Source of the DNA: Candidatus Hydrogenedentota bacterium
GTDB lineage: Bacteria > Hydrogenedentota > Hydrogenedentia > Hydrogenedentales > SLHB01
DNA length: 64,000 nucleotides
Direction: 5' to 3'
Assembly (NCBI GenBank): GCA_963668025.2
Contig: CAXXTH010000010.1
Coordinates: 288,001 to 352,000 of the forward strand
Shown: piece after piece, positions 28,313-38,800 of the stretch
How positions within the stretch are numbered: position 1 is the first letter of the stretch
Layout: each line of letters starts with the position of its first letter
Notes under the pieces: generated by a model
Database searches by the model: none
The model's input: only the letters and a program-made list of their open reading frames with translations
Told to the model about the DNA's origin: nothing
Program-made: the position numbers and the translations under genes

Positions 28313-28723
28313 ATGCATAAGAATAATGACGAGAATCCTGGATTCGACGAAAAAACACTTGAATGGCTTAGAAATCTGTGGGTTGAGAATCGTATGACTT
28401 ATGATCGTATGATCTTACAGCTTTCTGTCGGGGGTATTGGAGTTTTAGTGACATTAATTACAGCATTTGGCGGGAATCATTCTATTTGGTATTTAATTCC
28501 TGCATTTTGCTTTGTTGTATCAATTATTTGTTGCTTGCTTATATTTAGTGCTAATGCTGATTATATAACAAAAATTATTAATAAATCTCTAAAAACACGA
28601 AAAATATATTGGTTGGATGAAATATATCGGTTGGATGTATTAGATATATCTACGCGATGTTTTTTTATAGCTGCTGTTATATCTTCATTTATAGTAACTT
28701 TATTCATCAGTCATGGCCAATGA
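28313..28723 (+). CDS. AT-rich hypothetical 3-TM membrane protein
   Basis: GGAGG upstream of the ATG, hydrophobic helices, strongly AT-rich relative to neighbours. Confidence 0.7.
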   Translation: MHKNNDENPGFDEKTLEWLRNLWVENRMTYDRMILQLSVGGIGVLVTLITAFGGNHSIWYLIPAFCFVVSIICCLLIFSANADYITKIINKSLKTRKIYWLDEIYRLDVLDISTRCFFIAAVISSFIVTLFISHGQ

Positions 28724-28742
28724 TTTGGCTTGGAGGTGAAAC

Positions 28743-28922
28743 ATGAAAAATGAAAAAAACAAGCTATTTACACACGATTCTGATAAAAATGATTCGGGAG
28801 GTCGAAGTCTTCTAGGTTTGCACAAACTCATAGAGTCAATCCCAGGGAACAAAGAAAACAGTTCTACAAACGAAGCAGGAAAGACAGGATCTGGCAATAA
28901 AGAAGAGACATCAGAGTCCTGA
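28743..28922 (+). CDS. 59-aa hydrophilic small protein (not in the ORF track)
   Basis: GGAGGTGA RBS. Translates as MKNEKNKLFTHDSDKN...GNKEETSES. Confidence 0.5.
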   Translation: MKNEKNKLFTHDSDKNDSGGRSLLGLHKLIESIPGNKENSSTNEAGKTGSGNKEETSES

Positions 28923-29285
28923 ACGCACAGGTATATTTGACTAAAAATACATCACGGTATATTTATGCCGCATCATTGGTAGTCTATTCACACATATCCA
29001 TATTCACTCGTAAATTTGCATGTATATTATCACGATTTGATAAACTGAAGAATACGTTGATTGCATCTTTTAGATGTGGTTTTCTATATGAATATTTACG
29101 CATTTAAGGTACTTTTCAGGGGCTTTGATCTGCTCCATGTTTCCCATCACATCCAATTCTATGTTTTTCAAATCAGCCAAACCATAAATACCAAGAGAAG
29201 TGACGTATGGATGTGGGGAGCGTTTGCTACGAACTACTCCCCACGGAATAAGCTTGATACGCCTTAAAAAGACACTTGGTTCGTT

Positions 29286-31466
29286 TCAATCTCCCGCTGA
29301 ACCGTGGCCAGAGACCTGATCAAGAATAAACTGGTCCACGCCGATGTAGCCGCCGTCCTCGGATTTGAACGATACATGTGCAACGGGCGCTGCCAGCTCC
29401 ACTTCGCCAAGACTGGCCCGGCGGACCACATGCTCGCCTGCAATACTGTATTCGGGACTGTATTCGGGATTTTTCGTGCTGTTCCTCTTGAGCGAACTGG
29501 CGTCGAATACGTCGGTGGCCACTTTTGTGACCCGGCCTCGATTTTCTGCCTCGTTAAAGACTATTTCCGTAGTGGAAAATGTCGCCGGCTTTCCATCAAT
29601 ACTGACTGTTAAATGGCCGTAGCCGGTTCCCGCAGTGAGCATGACGGCAAGACGATATGTTCCGCTCTCCGGAACGGGGATATCGAAGGTCAATTCATCG
29701 CCCGCCTTTCCCGGCTTGAGCAGGATTTGCCCGGTGCCCGTCCAAAGATTGAACTTCTCGGATTTAGCGAGTTCAGCGCGGGCCTGTTTGGTGGCAAGCG
29801 CCTCGCCGGATGTTTTATAAGGCGTATCTTCTGCCTCGGCCAGCAGGACGCCACTGCCTTGAAGATGGGTGATTACAATGAGTGAAACGATGAGTATCGT
29901 CATGAGCGCCCACCACAGGCCTAAGTTTCGCGGGCCCTTGTTCTGTGCTTTCTCGTCCTCGCGAAGGCCGAGGGCGCTTCTTGTCCAAATGACGCCCTTT
30001 AATTCTTCATCCGGTTTGCGGCGGGTGAAAAGTGAAACAACCACCAGTAAAATCATTGACATGATGAAAGTGGCGAACGTGTGGTGCATGAAATTGTCGT
30101 AGGGTTGCAGCGCCCCTACCTTGGGAAACAGCACATACTTCGTAAATGGCAAAAACACGCCGAATCCGCAGAAAAGCGTCACGGTAGCAGCCGTTGAGGT
30201 TGCTCCACGCCACAAAATGCCCACTAGAAATATTGCCGCGATCGGCGGAGCCATATAGAAGAAAACCTGCTGAATAAGGCCAAAGACGCTGGCTCCCGTG
30301 TTAAACACCAAGTAGAGCGCAATGCCCGTTCCGATAATCATTGCTGAAGTGGCGCTCAAGCGGGCCACTAGATGAAGCTCGCGGTCCGACGCCTTTGGCC
30401 GCATGAGGGTCTTGTAAAGGTCAAGGGTGAAAATGGTTGCGGACGAGTTGGTGATTGCGCTCAAAGTGGACAGTATGGCGCTTGCCAATCCCGCCAGCAC
30501 GACGCCGACAAGGCCCGTCGGGAGCCAGAGATTCACCAGGAAAGGCCACGATTGGTCGCCGTCGCTAATGCGGTCTTGGAAAAGGTAAAACGCGATAATC
30601 CCCGGCACCACTACTAGGAACGGCAGGAGCGCTTTGCTGAATCCGGCCATGATAATGCCCATGCGCGCGTCCCATTCCGACCGTGCGCCCAGGCATCGCT
30701 GGACCATGAATTGGTTGGCGCAAGAATACCAAATTCCCACGGAGAAGACGCCGAACGCCATGCCCGTCCACGGAATCGTCTCGTGTGTGGCCGGGTAAAA
30801 AATGAGAAATCGCTCGGGAAGCTCCCTGGTCAATTCAATAAGGCCGCCACAGTGATACAGTCCGAAAACCGTCACCAGCAGGCCTGCAATCATAAGCAAG
30901 CAGTATTGCACCACATCGGCCCAGACCGCTGACAACAGGCCGCCATAAACCGTGTAAGCTCCTGCGGCTATAGCCAGGAGAAGCACCGCCAGAGCCGGGT
31001 GCAGGGCTGGGAAGAACACGCTCATTGCTTTCGCGCCAGCGTACATCACACCGCCAAGCATTGCGATAACAAGGCCAATAATCATCACCAACGCATAAAC
31101 ATAACGGCATGTCTTGTTGTACCGGCGTTCGAGAAACTCCGGCATGGTGGACACATTGCCGCGCATGTAAAAAGGCAGAAACACCCAGATGAGCAGAGTG
31201 AAGGTGACGACATTGGCCCATTCCCACTGCGAGACCGCCATCCCGTACAAGAAACCCCATCCCACCATTCCGATGAAGTGTTCCGTCGAAATGTTTGAAG
31301 CAATGAATGAAGCGCCCACGGCGTACCAGGGAAGCTTATTCGACGCCAGAAAAAAATCCGAGGAGGAACCGCGTGTCTTGCTCCGGGCGGAAACCAAAAT
31401 AGCAAATACCACAATACCCACAAAATACAACATAAAAATAAAAAGGTCGATTAATGAGAGTGTCAT
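29286..31466 (-). CDS. Sodium:solute symporter (SGLT-like) with C-terminal soluble beta-sandwich domain
   Basis: ASNISTEHFIG, TMPEFLERRY, YTVYGGL and NQFMVQRCL motifs, plus ~180 extra soluble residues. Confidence 0.9.
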   Translation of the reverse strand: MTLSLIDLFIFMLYFVGIVVFAILVSARSKTRGSSSDFFLASNKLPWYAVGASFIASNISTEHFIGMVGWGFLYGMAVSQWEWANVVTFTLLIWVFLPFYMRGNVSTMPEFLERRYNKTCRYVYALVMIIGLVIAMLGGVMYAGAKAMSVFFPALHPALAVLLLAIAAGAYTVYGGLLSAVWADVVQYCLLMIAGLLVTVFGLYHCGGLIELTRELPERFLIFYPATHETIPWTGMAFGVFSVGIWYSCANQFMVQRCLGARSEWDARMGIIMAGFSKALLPFLVVVPGIIAFYLFQDRISDGDQSWPFLVNLWLPTGLVGVVLAGLASAILSTLSAITNSSATIFTLDLYKTLMRPKASDRELHLVARLSATSAMIIGTGIALYLVFNTGASVFGLIQQVFFYMAPPIAAIFLVGILWRGATSTAATVTLFCGFGVFLPFTKYVLFPKVGALQPYDNFMHHTFATFIMSMILLVVVSLFTRRKPDEELKGVIWTRSALGLREDEKAQNKGPRNLGLWWALMTILIVSLIVITHLQGSGVLLAEAEDTPYKTSGEALATKQARAELAKSEKFNLWTGTGQILLKPGKAGDELTFDIPVPESGTYRLAVMLTAGTGYGHLTVSIDGKPATFSTTEIVFNEAENRGRVTKVATDVFDASSLKRNSTKNPEYSPEYSIAGEHVVRRASLGEVELAAPVAHVSFKSEDGGYIGVDQFILDQVSGHGSAGD

Positions 31467-31685
31467 GTTTCCTCTTCCTTTCCTAACCCCAGAGCCTCAG
31501 GACACCGCGTCTGTTCACCGCAGAAACAATCATACACACCAAAGGCATGAATGACAAGAACAAACACAAATAACCAAAATCGACCACACCCGTCTTTCGC
31601 GCAATGAAAACATTTTAAGCAACATTTTCGGCAATGGCCCTGTTTTTGGTGGCAAGGATGAAATAGATGATCGGAAAGGTCATAG

Positions 31686-31729
31686 AAAAAGGCAACCGCC
31701 CGGGCTCCAGTAGAGGAACCCGGGCGGTT
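31686..31729 (-). terminator. Intrinsic terminator after the large surface protein gene
   Basis: aaccgcccggg...cccgggcggtt stem with a T-tract on the minus strand. Confidence 0.65.
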
Positions 31730-31744
31730 TCGATTCGCATACGG

Positions 31745-34700
31745 CTACTCGTTGCCCGAAGGCAGCTCGTAGGCGCTCTGGGAGTTGGGAGACACGGTCA
31801 ACAGGCGTCCGGCGATGGGGCCTGTAGACTCGATAATGGCGCTGCCCACGCCGCCAGATGTCATATCCGGCACGGCGGCGGCTCCTCCTTCCACTGCGGG
31901 ATCGTTGCGGGTGGGCCGCCAAGATACGCTTGCATTGCCCGGTAGCACGTAGGTGTTGAAGAGCGGCGTGCGATCCGCGCCCGCGCCGTTCCTATACCGG
32001 AGCGTGAGCGTCACCGGATCGGCCGTGAGATTCTTCACGCCAATGAACGAGGACGCATTCAACACGGGCGGATATGCGCCATCGGCTGGCGCATTATCGT
32101 GGAAATACGGGGCTGCAAGTACGTTTTCACCTGCCGTGCTTTGCAGGGTGTAGGCGCTCATAGAGCCGTTCGAGGAGATCGTGAGCAGGCGACCAGCAAT
32201 AGAGCCTGTTGCCGTAATAACCGCGCTGCCACCGACGCCCAGCGCCATGTCAGGCACATCCGCGTACTCAATCGCCGGGTCACGCCGCGCCGGACGCCAT
32301 GACGCCGAGCCTCTCGCCGGGATCGTATACGTGTTCACGGCAGGAGTCGCGTCCACATTTCCGATAGTGGTGTAGGAAATGGTGAGCGTCACGGGCGCAT
32401 TCGAGAGGTTCTTCACTCCAATATAACTGGCGGACCCCATGCTTGGGTAGATGCTGCCTTCCACCGGGGCGTTATCCATGAAGTAAGGAACCACTAGGCT
32501 CGTAGCACCTTCACCGCTCATGGTGTAGGCATATTGCCCACCCGTTTTCGCCAGGCACAGTACGCGGCCCGCGAGATAGCGCCCGCCGGTGATGAACGCG
32601 CTGCCAATGCCGCCGGCCATCATGTTAGGCACGGACACCCCGAGGCCTTCGAGGTTCGGATCATCCTTCGTAGGCCGGTAGGAGAACGACATCCAATTCT
32701 GGAGATCAAAGCCGTTCAAGGCCGGGGTTTGGTCGACGCTGGTTATATTTGCATACCACACACGCAGTTGCGCTGCCGCTGTATCCGTGTTCAGTATGCC
32801 GAGATAGGTGGACATGCCTTTCGTGGGGAATATCTCACCGCCCACAGGCGATGAATCCATGAAGAAGGGCGCAATCAACTGCTCGGAGCCTTGCATGCCC
32901 GGCAGCGTATACGCGCTTTGGGAGCCGTTGGACGCTATGGCAAGCAAGCGCCCGGCAATGGGGCCCGTCGAGCAGATCATGGCGTTGCCCATGAAGCCCG
33001 TGGTCATGTCGGGTATGGCGGCCGCCACGCCTTCGATGGCCGCATCGTTTCGGCAAGGCCGCCACGACAGCCCTTCGTACGCATTCAACACATACGTGTT
33101 GGCGTCCGGCGTACGATCTTCACCATTCAGATTCGTGTAGTAAATGGTGAGCGTATTCGGCGCATCCACAAGGTTCTTCACCCCGATAAAGGCCTGGCTG
33201 CCAGAACTGCCCGGCGTAAGGCCTTCCGCAGGTGCGTTGTCTTGGAAGTACGGCACGGAAAGGCCCAAACTGCGCGAACCTTCAAAATCGACGTCTTCCT
33301 GATCCGCATCCAGCGAGTCGAAAACCTCTTTATCCGGCTGGAACCGGTAGGTCCATAGCTCGACCCGGACTTCATAACGGCCTGCCTCCAGGTCCGCGAA
33401 GGAGTAAGCGCCCGTGGCATCCGGGGATGTTTCCGCATCCGCATCGCCCGACAGAATCACTTTGGCTGCCGTGACGCTTCCCGCATCCTGCAGCGACACA
33501 TGGCCGCTGATCGTGTAGGTGACGCCCGCCAGAACCGTGGCCGAACCGGAAGCGCTCCATTCACTGTATAAACCTTGCTCTTGGACATACAGCGTATGGT
33601 TGCCGCGCGACAGGTCTTCCAAAGGCTGATACTGCAACGCCGTGGTTTCCGTCCAAGGCCCGGCGGCGCTATCGAGCGCGTACCGGTATTGTCCGACGCC
33701 ATTGCCGCCGGAGACCCATGTCCATGTCGGACGCAGCTCCGGGGTCGATTCCGGAGCGGATACGACAGGCGCTTGAGCTGTCGGCAGGATGGTCAGACGG
33801 AAAATGCCCAGAGCGGGAAGTGCGCCATCGGCTCCGCCATCTGACACCGAGAAGCGGAAGGTGTCCAGCGTTCCCGCAGAGCCATTGTGGGCATATTGCA
33901 CCAGGCCCGCGTTGATATCGGTCTGCGTAAACGTGGAAATCGCCACGCCAGGATTGCTCACAGCCTCCACTTGGCCCTTGACTGGGGCCGTCGTGACCAT
34001 GTACACAAGCCCTTCAACAGCACTATCCGTATCCATGGCTTGCAACATAGCGCCCGTAATCACCACCGACTGGCTGTTCAGCACGCTCGCGCCCGTATTC
34101 ACGCTCACGACCGGCCCATCGTTGGCAGGCGTTACCGTGATGGTAAAGACGCCCGTGGCGGGAACCGCGCCATCTTCACCGCCATCAGCGGCGCTGAAGC
34201 TGAAACTGTCCGCCGTGGTTTCAGTGCCATTATGGGTGTACACAATCGCACCCGCATCCAGTTCGGCCTGGGTGAAACTCTTGATCGACGCTCCAAGCGT
34301 TCCCGCACGGCGCAGCCAGCCATGGGCGGGCGAAGCCGTGATGGTGTACGTGATGCTGGCGGAATCATCATCCGGATCCGCCACACGGAGCATCGAATTA
34401 TTAAGCGTAACCGCCTGGCCCTCCACCACGGCCGCTCCTGTATTCACCGACACCACGGGGCTGTCGTTGACCGGCGTCACCGTGATAAGGAAATCTCCCG
34501 TGGCGGGCGCGGCGTCATCTTCGCCGCCATCAGCCAGCGAGAAGCTGAAGCTGTCGGAGGTGGCTTCATCGCCATTATTGCGGTATAGCACCGTATTGGC
34601 GTCGATGTCCGCCTGGGTGAAGCTCGATACCGGTGCATTTGGCGCAGTAGTGAGTTCCACCTGGCCGTGAAGCGGCCCGCTCGTGATCGTGAAGACTAGC

Positions 34701-35590
34701 CCCGCGCCGCTGTCATCGGGATCCAAGCCGCTCAAGCGTGCGCTGGTGATGAGCGCCGCGCCGCCTTCCAACACGGTGGCGACGGTGTTCACGCCGATGG
34801 CGGGCGGATCATTGAGCTGAACAATGGCAAAGCTGCCCGATTCCGACCAGTTACCGGCATCATCGCGCTCTTGCACATACAAGGTGTGCGGCGCTTCGGT
34901 CACGGGTGTGCCGGGTGTATAACTCAAATCCGTGGTTTCAGTCCATCCGGATTCCACATCCATGGCGTAGCGGTATGTGCCGCTGCCATTTCCGCCGCCG
35001 GATGTCCAGCTCCAAGTGGGCGTCGTGTCATACGTGGGCGTATCGCCTGTCACACTCGGCGCATCTGGCGGCGTGGTATCTATTTCGATGGTGAAACTGC
35101 CGGTATCGGACCAATTCCATGACCCATCGCGTTCCTGCACTTCAAGGATGTAGCTTCCATCCGCGAGGGCGGAAACCGGCGTATAACTCGTTTCCGTGGT
35201 CTCGACCCAGTCGCCGCCATCAAACGAATAGCGGAAAGCGCCCGAGCCGCCTAAGCTGCCTGTCCAAGTCCAGGTGGGCGTGGGATCGTTCGTAAGGGCG
35301 TCACCGGAGACGTCCGGTGCGCCGGGGGGAGCTGTGTCCAGCCAAAGGGGCATGGCCCAGCACAAGGCGTCCGCCGTGGCTAGATCCGCTCCATCTGGCG
35401 ATACGCCGCCCAGCAGCACCTCCGCTTCCGTGGTTTGGAAGGATGCGGAGCACCATTGGGAGGTACCGGCGAGATATAACACTGCACTATCGGCATTTGC
35501 GTTATCTGCACTAGCTAAGCCACTCAAGCTAAAGGCCAGCATAAATATCAACACCATCAGACATCTCGCCGTATCGTCTGTTTGTCGCAT
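31745..35590 (-). CDS. Large secreted surface protein: Ig-like domains, three cadherin/CSPG-like repeats and four C-terminal ~100-aa repeats
   Basis: AAGGAG before ATG at 35590 and a signal peptide. PTWTW..YRY Ig repeats, FTQADI/YxHNG/DSFSF repeats, and LxxP(Y/F)FxD(N/S) repeats. Confidence 0.85.
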   Translation of the reverse strand: MRQTDDTARCLMVLIFMLAFSLSGLASADNANADSAVLYLAGTSQWCSASFQTTEAEVLLGGVSPDGADLATADALCWAMPLWLDTAPPGAPDVSGDALTNDPTPTWTWTGSLGGSGAFRYSFDGGDWVETTETSYTPVSALADGSYILEVQERDGSWNWSDTGSFTIEIDTTPPDAPSVTGDTPTYDTTPTWSWTSGGGNGSGTYRYAMDVESGWTETTDLSYTPGTPVTEAPHTLYVQERDDAGNWSESGSFAIVQLNDPPAIGVNTVATVLEGGAALITSARLSGLDPDDSGAGLVFTITSGPLHGQVELTTAPNAPVSSFTQADIDANTVLYRNNGDEATSDSFSFSLADGGEDDAAPATGDFLITVTPVNDSPVVSVNTGAAVVEGQAVTLNNSMLRVADPDDDSASITYTITASPAHGWLRRAGTLGASIKSFTQAELDAGAIVYTHNGTETTADSFSFSAADGGEDGAVPATGVFTITVTPANDGPVVSVNTGASVLNSQSVVITGAMLQAMDTDSAVEGLVYMVTTAPVKGQVEAVSNPGVAISTFTQTDINAGLVQYAHNGSAGTLDTFRFSVSDGGADGALPALGIFRLTILPTAQAPVVSAPESTPELRPTWTWVSGGNGVGQYRYALDSAAGPWTETTALQYQPLEDLSRGNHTLYVQEQGLYSEWSASGSATVLAGVTYTISGHVSLQDAGSVTAAKVILSGDADAETSPDATGAYSFADLEAGRYEVRVELWTYRFQPDKEVFDSLDADQEDVDFEGSRSLGLSVPYFQDNAPAEGLTPGSSGSQAFIGVKNLVDAPNTLTIYYTNLNGEDRTPDANTYVLNAYEGLSWRPCRNDAAIEGVAAAIPDMTTGFMGNAMICSTGPIAGRLLAIASNGSQSAYTLPGMQGSEQLIAPFFMDSSPVGGEIFPTKGMSTYLGILNTDTAAAQLRVWYANITSVDQTPALNGFDLQNWMSFSYRPTKDDPNLEGLGVSVPNMMAGGIGSAFITGGRYLAGRVLCLAKTGGQYAYTMSGEGATSLVVPYFMDNAPVEGSIYPSMGSASYIGVKNLSNAPVTLTISYTTIGNVDATPAVNTYTIPARGSASWRPARRDPAIEYADVPDMALGVGGSAVITATGSIAGRLLTISSNGSMSAYTLQSTAGENVLAAPYFHDNAPADGAYPPVLNASSFIGVKNLTADPVTLTLRYRNGAGADRTPLFNTYVLPGNASVSWRPTRNDPAVEGGAAAVPDMTSGGVGSAIIESTGPIAGRLLTVSPNSQSAYELPSGNE

Positions 35591-35809
35591 CGCTTGCGTG
35601 CTCCTTTTACCCGTTGCTGTTGTGGCAATGGCGTGGATAAATCCACGCCGTGCCGCAAGCAGCCAGCCAGCATCGGCCATATTGCCCGGAAACCCATATA
35701 TTCGGGTTCATTACTTTCTCCTCACCTACCCATGCATTGGCGCGAGAACCCTGAATGCCCCAATGTTCTTCATACACATGGGCACAAAGAGCTTCTATGT
35801 TCTCATAAA

Positions 35810-38800
35810 CTAATGTGTATACTCTACTGTAATTACAGGTATTACGCCACTTTGATTTGATGTTGCGTTGGCATGTATAATAGTAATCACATCGCCCTCC
35901 ATGAAGCTTGTAGTGGCCAAGGTGGCTTCTTCGTTCGAGTCCGACACCAAAGCAAGGGGAGAAGCAAGCACCGACACTCCATTCACCTTCAAATCCAAAG
36001 TGCCGCCGGAAGCGACTCGGCTATAAACCTGGAAACAAATTATTTCACCAGCATATTTTGCTTTTTGCGACCATATGGTCCAGCCATTTTGTAGAGTATT
36101 AAGAGCGTTCCACGAACAGCTCCACGTATCCACATCGACGCTAGTGCCGCCGCCTCCATTCAGCTTTGTGCCGTCCCAATACAGATCACCTCCGTTGTTA
36201 TACAGCCGGTTCGTGGTGGTAGTGGGCGGATTAGTCGTGTCCGCGACCAGCACTGCGCCGTCCACATCGAGCGCTTCAGCGGGCGTGTCCGTGCCGATGC
36301 CCAAATGGCCAGCAAAATCAATGGCGACGTTCTGCCCGCCTTGCACCCGGAACGCAAGGCCATCGCCTACGACCCAGGTCTTGAAGTAGAAATCGTACGT
36401 CGTTCCTTGGTCGGCCCAACTGGAATTCTTGTGCCAGGAATTGCCAGCGGGATAGGTTTCACTGTAATCGGCTCGCGCAGTGACAGCTACCCCACTATGG
36501 TTCTCAATTAGGATATAAATCGATTGTCCTGCGGTCACCGCTGCCGGCGTGCTAAATTCCACGTTCAAATCCGTGAAAGACGCTTGATCAACCGTCACGG
36601 TTTCCACCGAGGAAAGCAGCGAGCCCGAGCCCGGAGTATTCCCGCTATAAATCGAGACATCGAGCGTACCGGCAGTAGCAGTGGGCCTTTTCGCTTGCAG
36701 AAGCACTTTGACTAGGCTACCTGTCAATTGAGGAACAACGACCTGGGCGCTCGATACGCCATTAGGCAGGCCCCAAGTAAACGAAGTCCCGCTGGATGTT
36801 TGCTGGTCTAGCTGAGTTGCCGCTACATCAATAGCCGCGCCGGGCGTGTCCTCGCCAATGCCTATCTGGCTGCCCATATCCATGAGGATATCATCGGTAA
36901 CGGTGACGGAACTGCTACCGAAGGTGCCTGTGTCCGCCGTGATAGAGCCTACGGTTACCGCATTGCTGGTCGTGGCGCCCGCATCGGTCACTTCATCCAG
37001 GGTCGGGGCGTTGGCCGAGCCGTAGAGCTCACTGCCATCCCAATAGAGCGAATCCCCAACACGATACAGGCGGTCATCCGTCGTGCTGAGTGTCGTTGTT
37101 GGCTCCGTGATCGTCATATACCCATCCGCGTTGACCGTCAAGGTATCAAACGACGAGCCGCCTATCGCCGTGCCGCCCCAGTAGAGGCTGCCGCCATTGT
37201 TATATAGCTTGCCCGCAATGGAAGCAGGAGCGCTGGTCGTATCCTGAATGTTTATAGCGCCATTCACATCTATGGCAGCGGAAGGAGTGCTTACGCCAAT
37301 GCCTAATTGCCCAGCGCTGTTGATGATGACATCTTGATCGCCTTGCACACGAAGCCTGGGTATTGCAGATTCAACCCATGTTTTGAAGTAAATATCATAC
37401 ATGGATTTCTCCGAAGCCCAGCTTCCATTATTATACCACATCAATCCTGATGTATACGTATTGGTATACTCTGTCCTTATCGCCAGCTTCACCGTGCTGT
37501 TGTTGGCTATCAGGATGTAAATGGCTCCTCCCGCGGCCACATCCGCCGGCGTGCTGAATTCTATGGATGTATCCGTGAGCGACGACTGGCTTACCTCCAC
37601 GGTTTCCACCGAAGACAGCAGCGAACCCGAACCGGGGGTGCTTCCGCTGTAGATCGAGACATCCAGGGTGGGAGTCGATGTGGGAGGCATGCCGCCCGAC
37701 GTAGGAATCTTTGTTTGCAAGAGCACTTTGGTCAATTGTCCGGTGGCTTGGGGAACAACCACCTGGGCAAACTTATATCCAACATTTATAGTCGATTCCT
37801 CCGACCCAGCTCCCGTGCCCGTCTGCTGGTCAACCGCGGCATCGCCTATGACGGTGCCGGCGACATCAAGGACCGCGCTAGGCGTATTCGTGCCGAGGCC
37901 GACGGAGCCGCCATCCGCGACAATGATGTCATCCGTGATGGTCACCGAACTCGTTCCAAAGGTGCCGGTGTCCGCCGTGATGGAGCCTACAGTCACGGCA
38001 TTATCAGTGGTGGCGCCTGCATCGGTCACTTCATCCAGCGTCGGGGCGTTGGCCGAGCCGTAAAGCTCACTGCCATCCCAATAGAGCGAATCACCGACGC
38101 GGTAGAGCCGGTCATCCGTGGTTCCGAGCGGCGTGGTCGGCTCCGTGATCGTCATATACCCATCCGCATTGACCGTCAAGGTATCGAAGGACGAGCCGCC
38201 TAATATCGTGTCGCCCCAGTAGAGGCTGCCGCCGTTATTATAGAGCCGGTTCGCCGTCGTTGACGGAGAAGTACCGGTGTCTAGGAAATACGCGAATCCT
38301 TTAACGGAAAGCACATCCGAAGACGGTACGACGAACGTCTTGAACCACGCATCAACGCTGCTGTATTCCGCCCATCCGGAGCCGAAATCCGCCCACGACG
38401 TTCCTCCCGAATATTGGTTAGTGGATGCATCCCACTCAATAGACGCTGATGGAGAAACAAGAATATAGTATTGTTGTGCCGCCACGACTGGGGCGGGCGT
38501 GGCAAATACGACCTCATATTCCGTTGAGCTGCCACTGGTCAGCGTGACTGTCTCCACCGAACTCAGCAAGCTTCCACTCGGCGGCGTATTTCCCGAATAA
38601 ATCGAAACGTTCACCGTGCATGTTGAATGCTGGTATCGCATGGCGAGTGTGCATTTAACCAGCGAACCCGAGTGTTCCGGCGTGAACACCTGGGCCACAT
38701 TCATGCCGCTGCCAAAACCAAATGTCGTACTATTGTTCGTATTTTGCTGGTCCGGAGTGTCGCCTGAGCCAAGCGAAGCCGCTCCAAACTGCACCGCATC

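Noticed and set aside
28240-29270. Integron cassette
   Set aside because: No convincing attC site and no integrase in the window.
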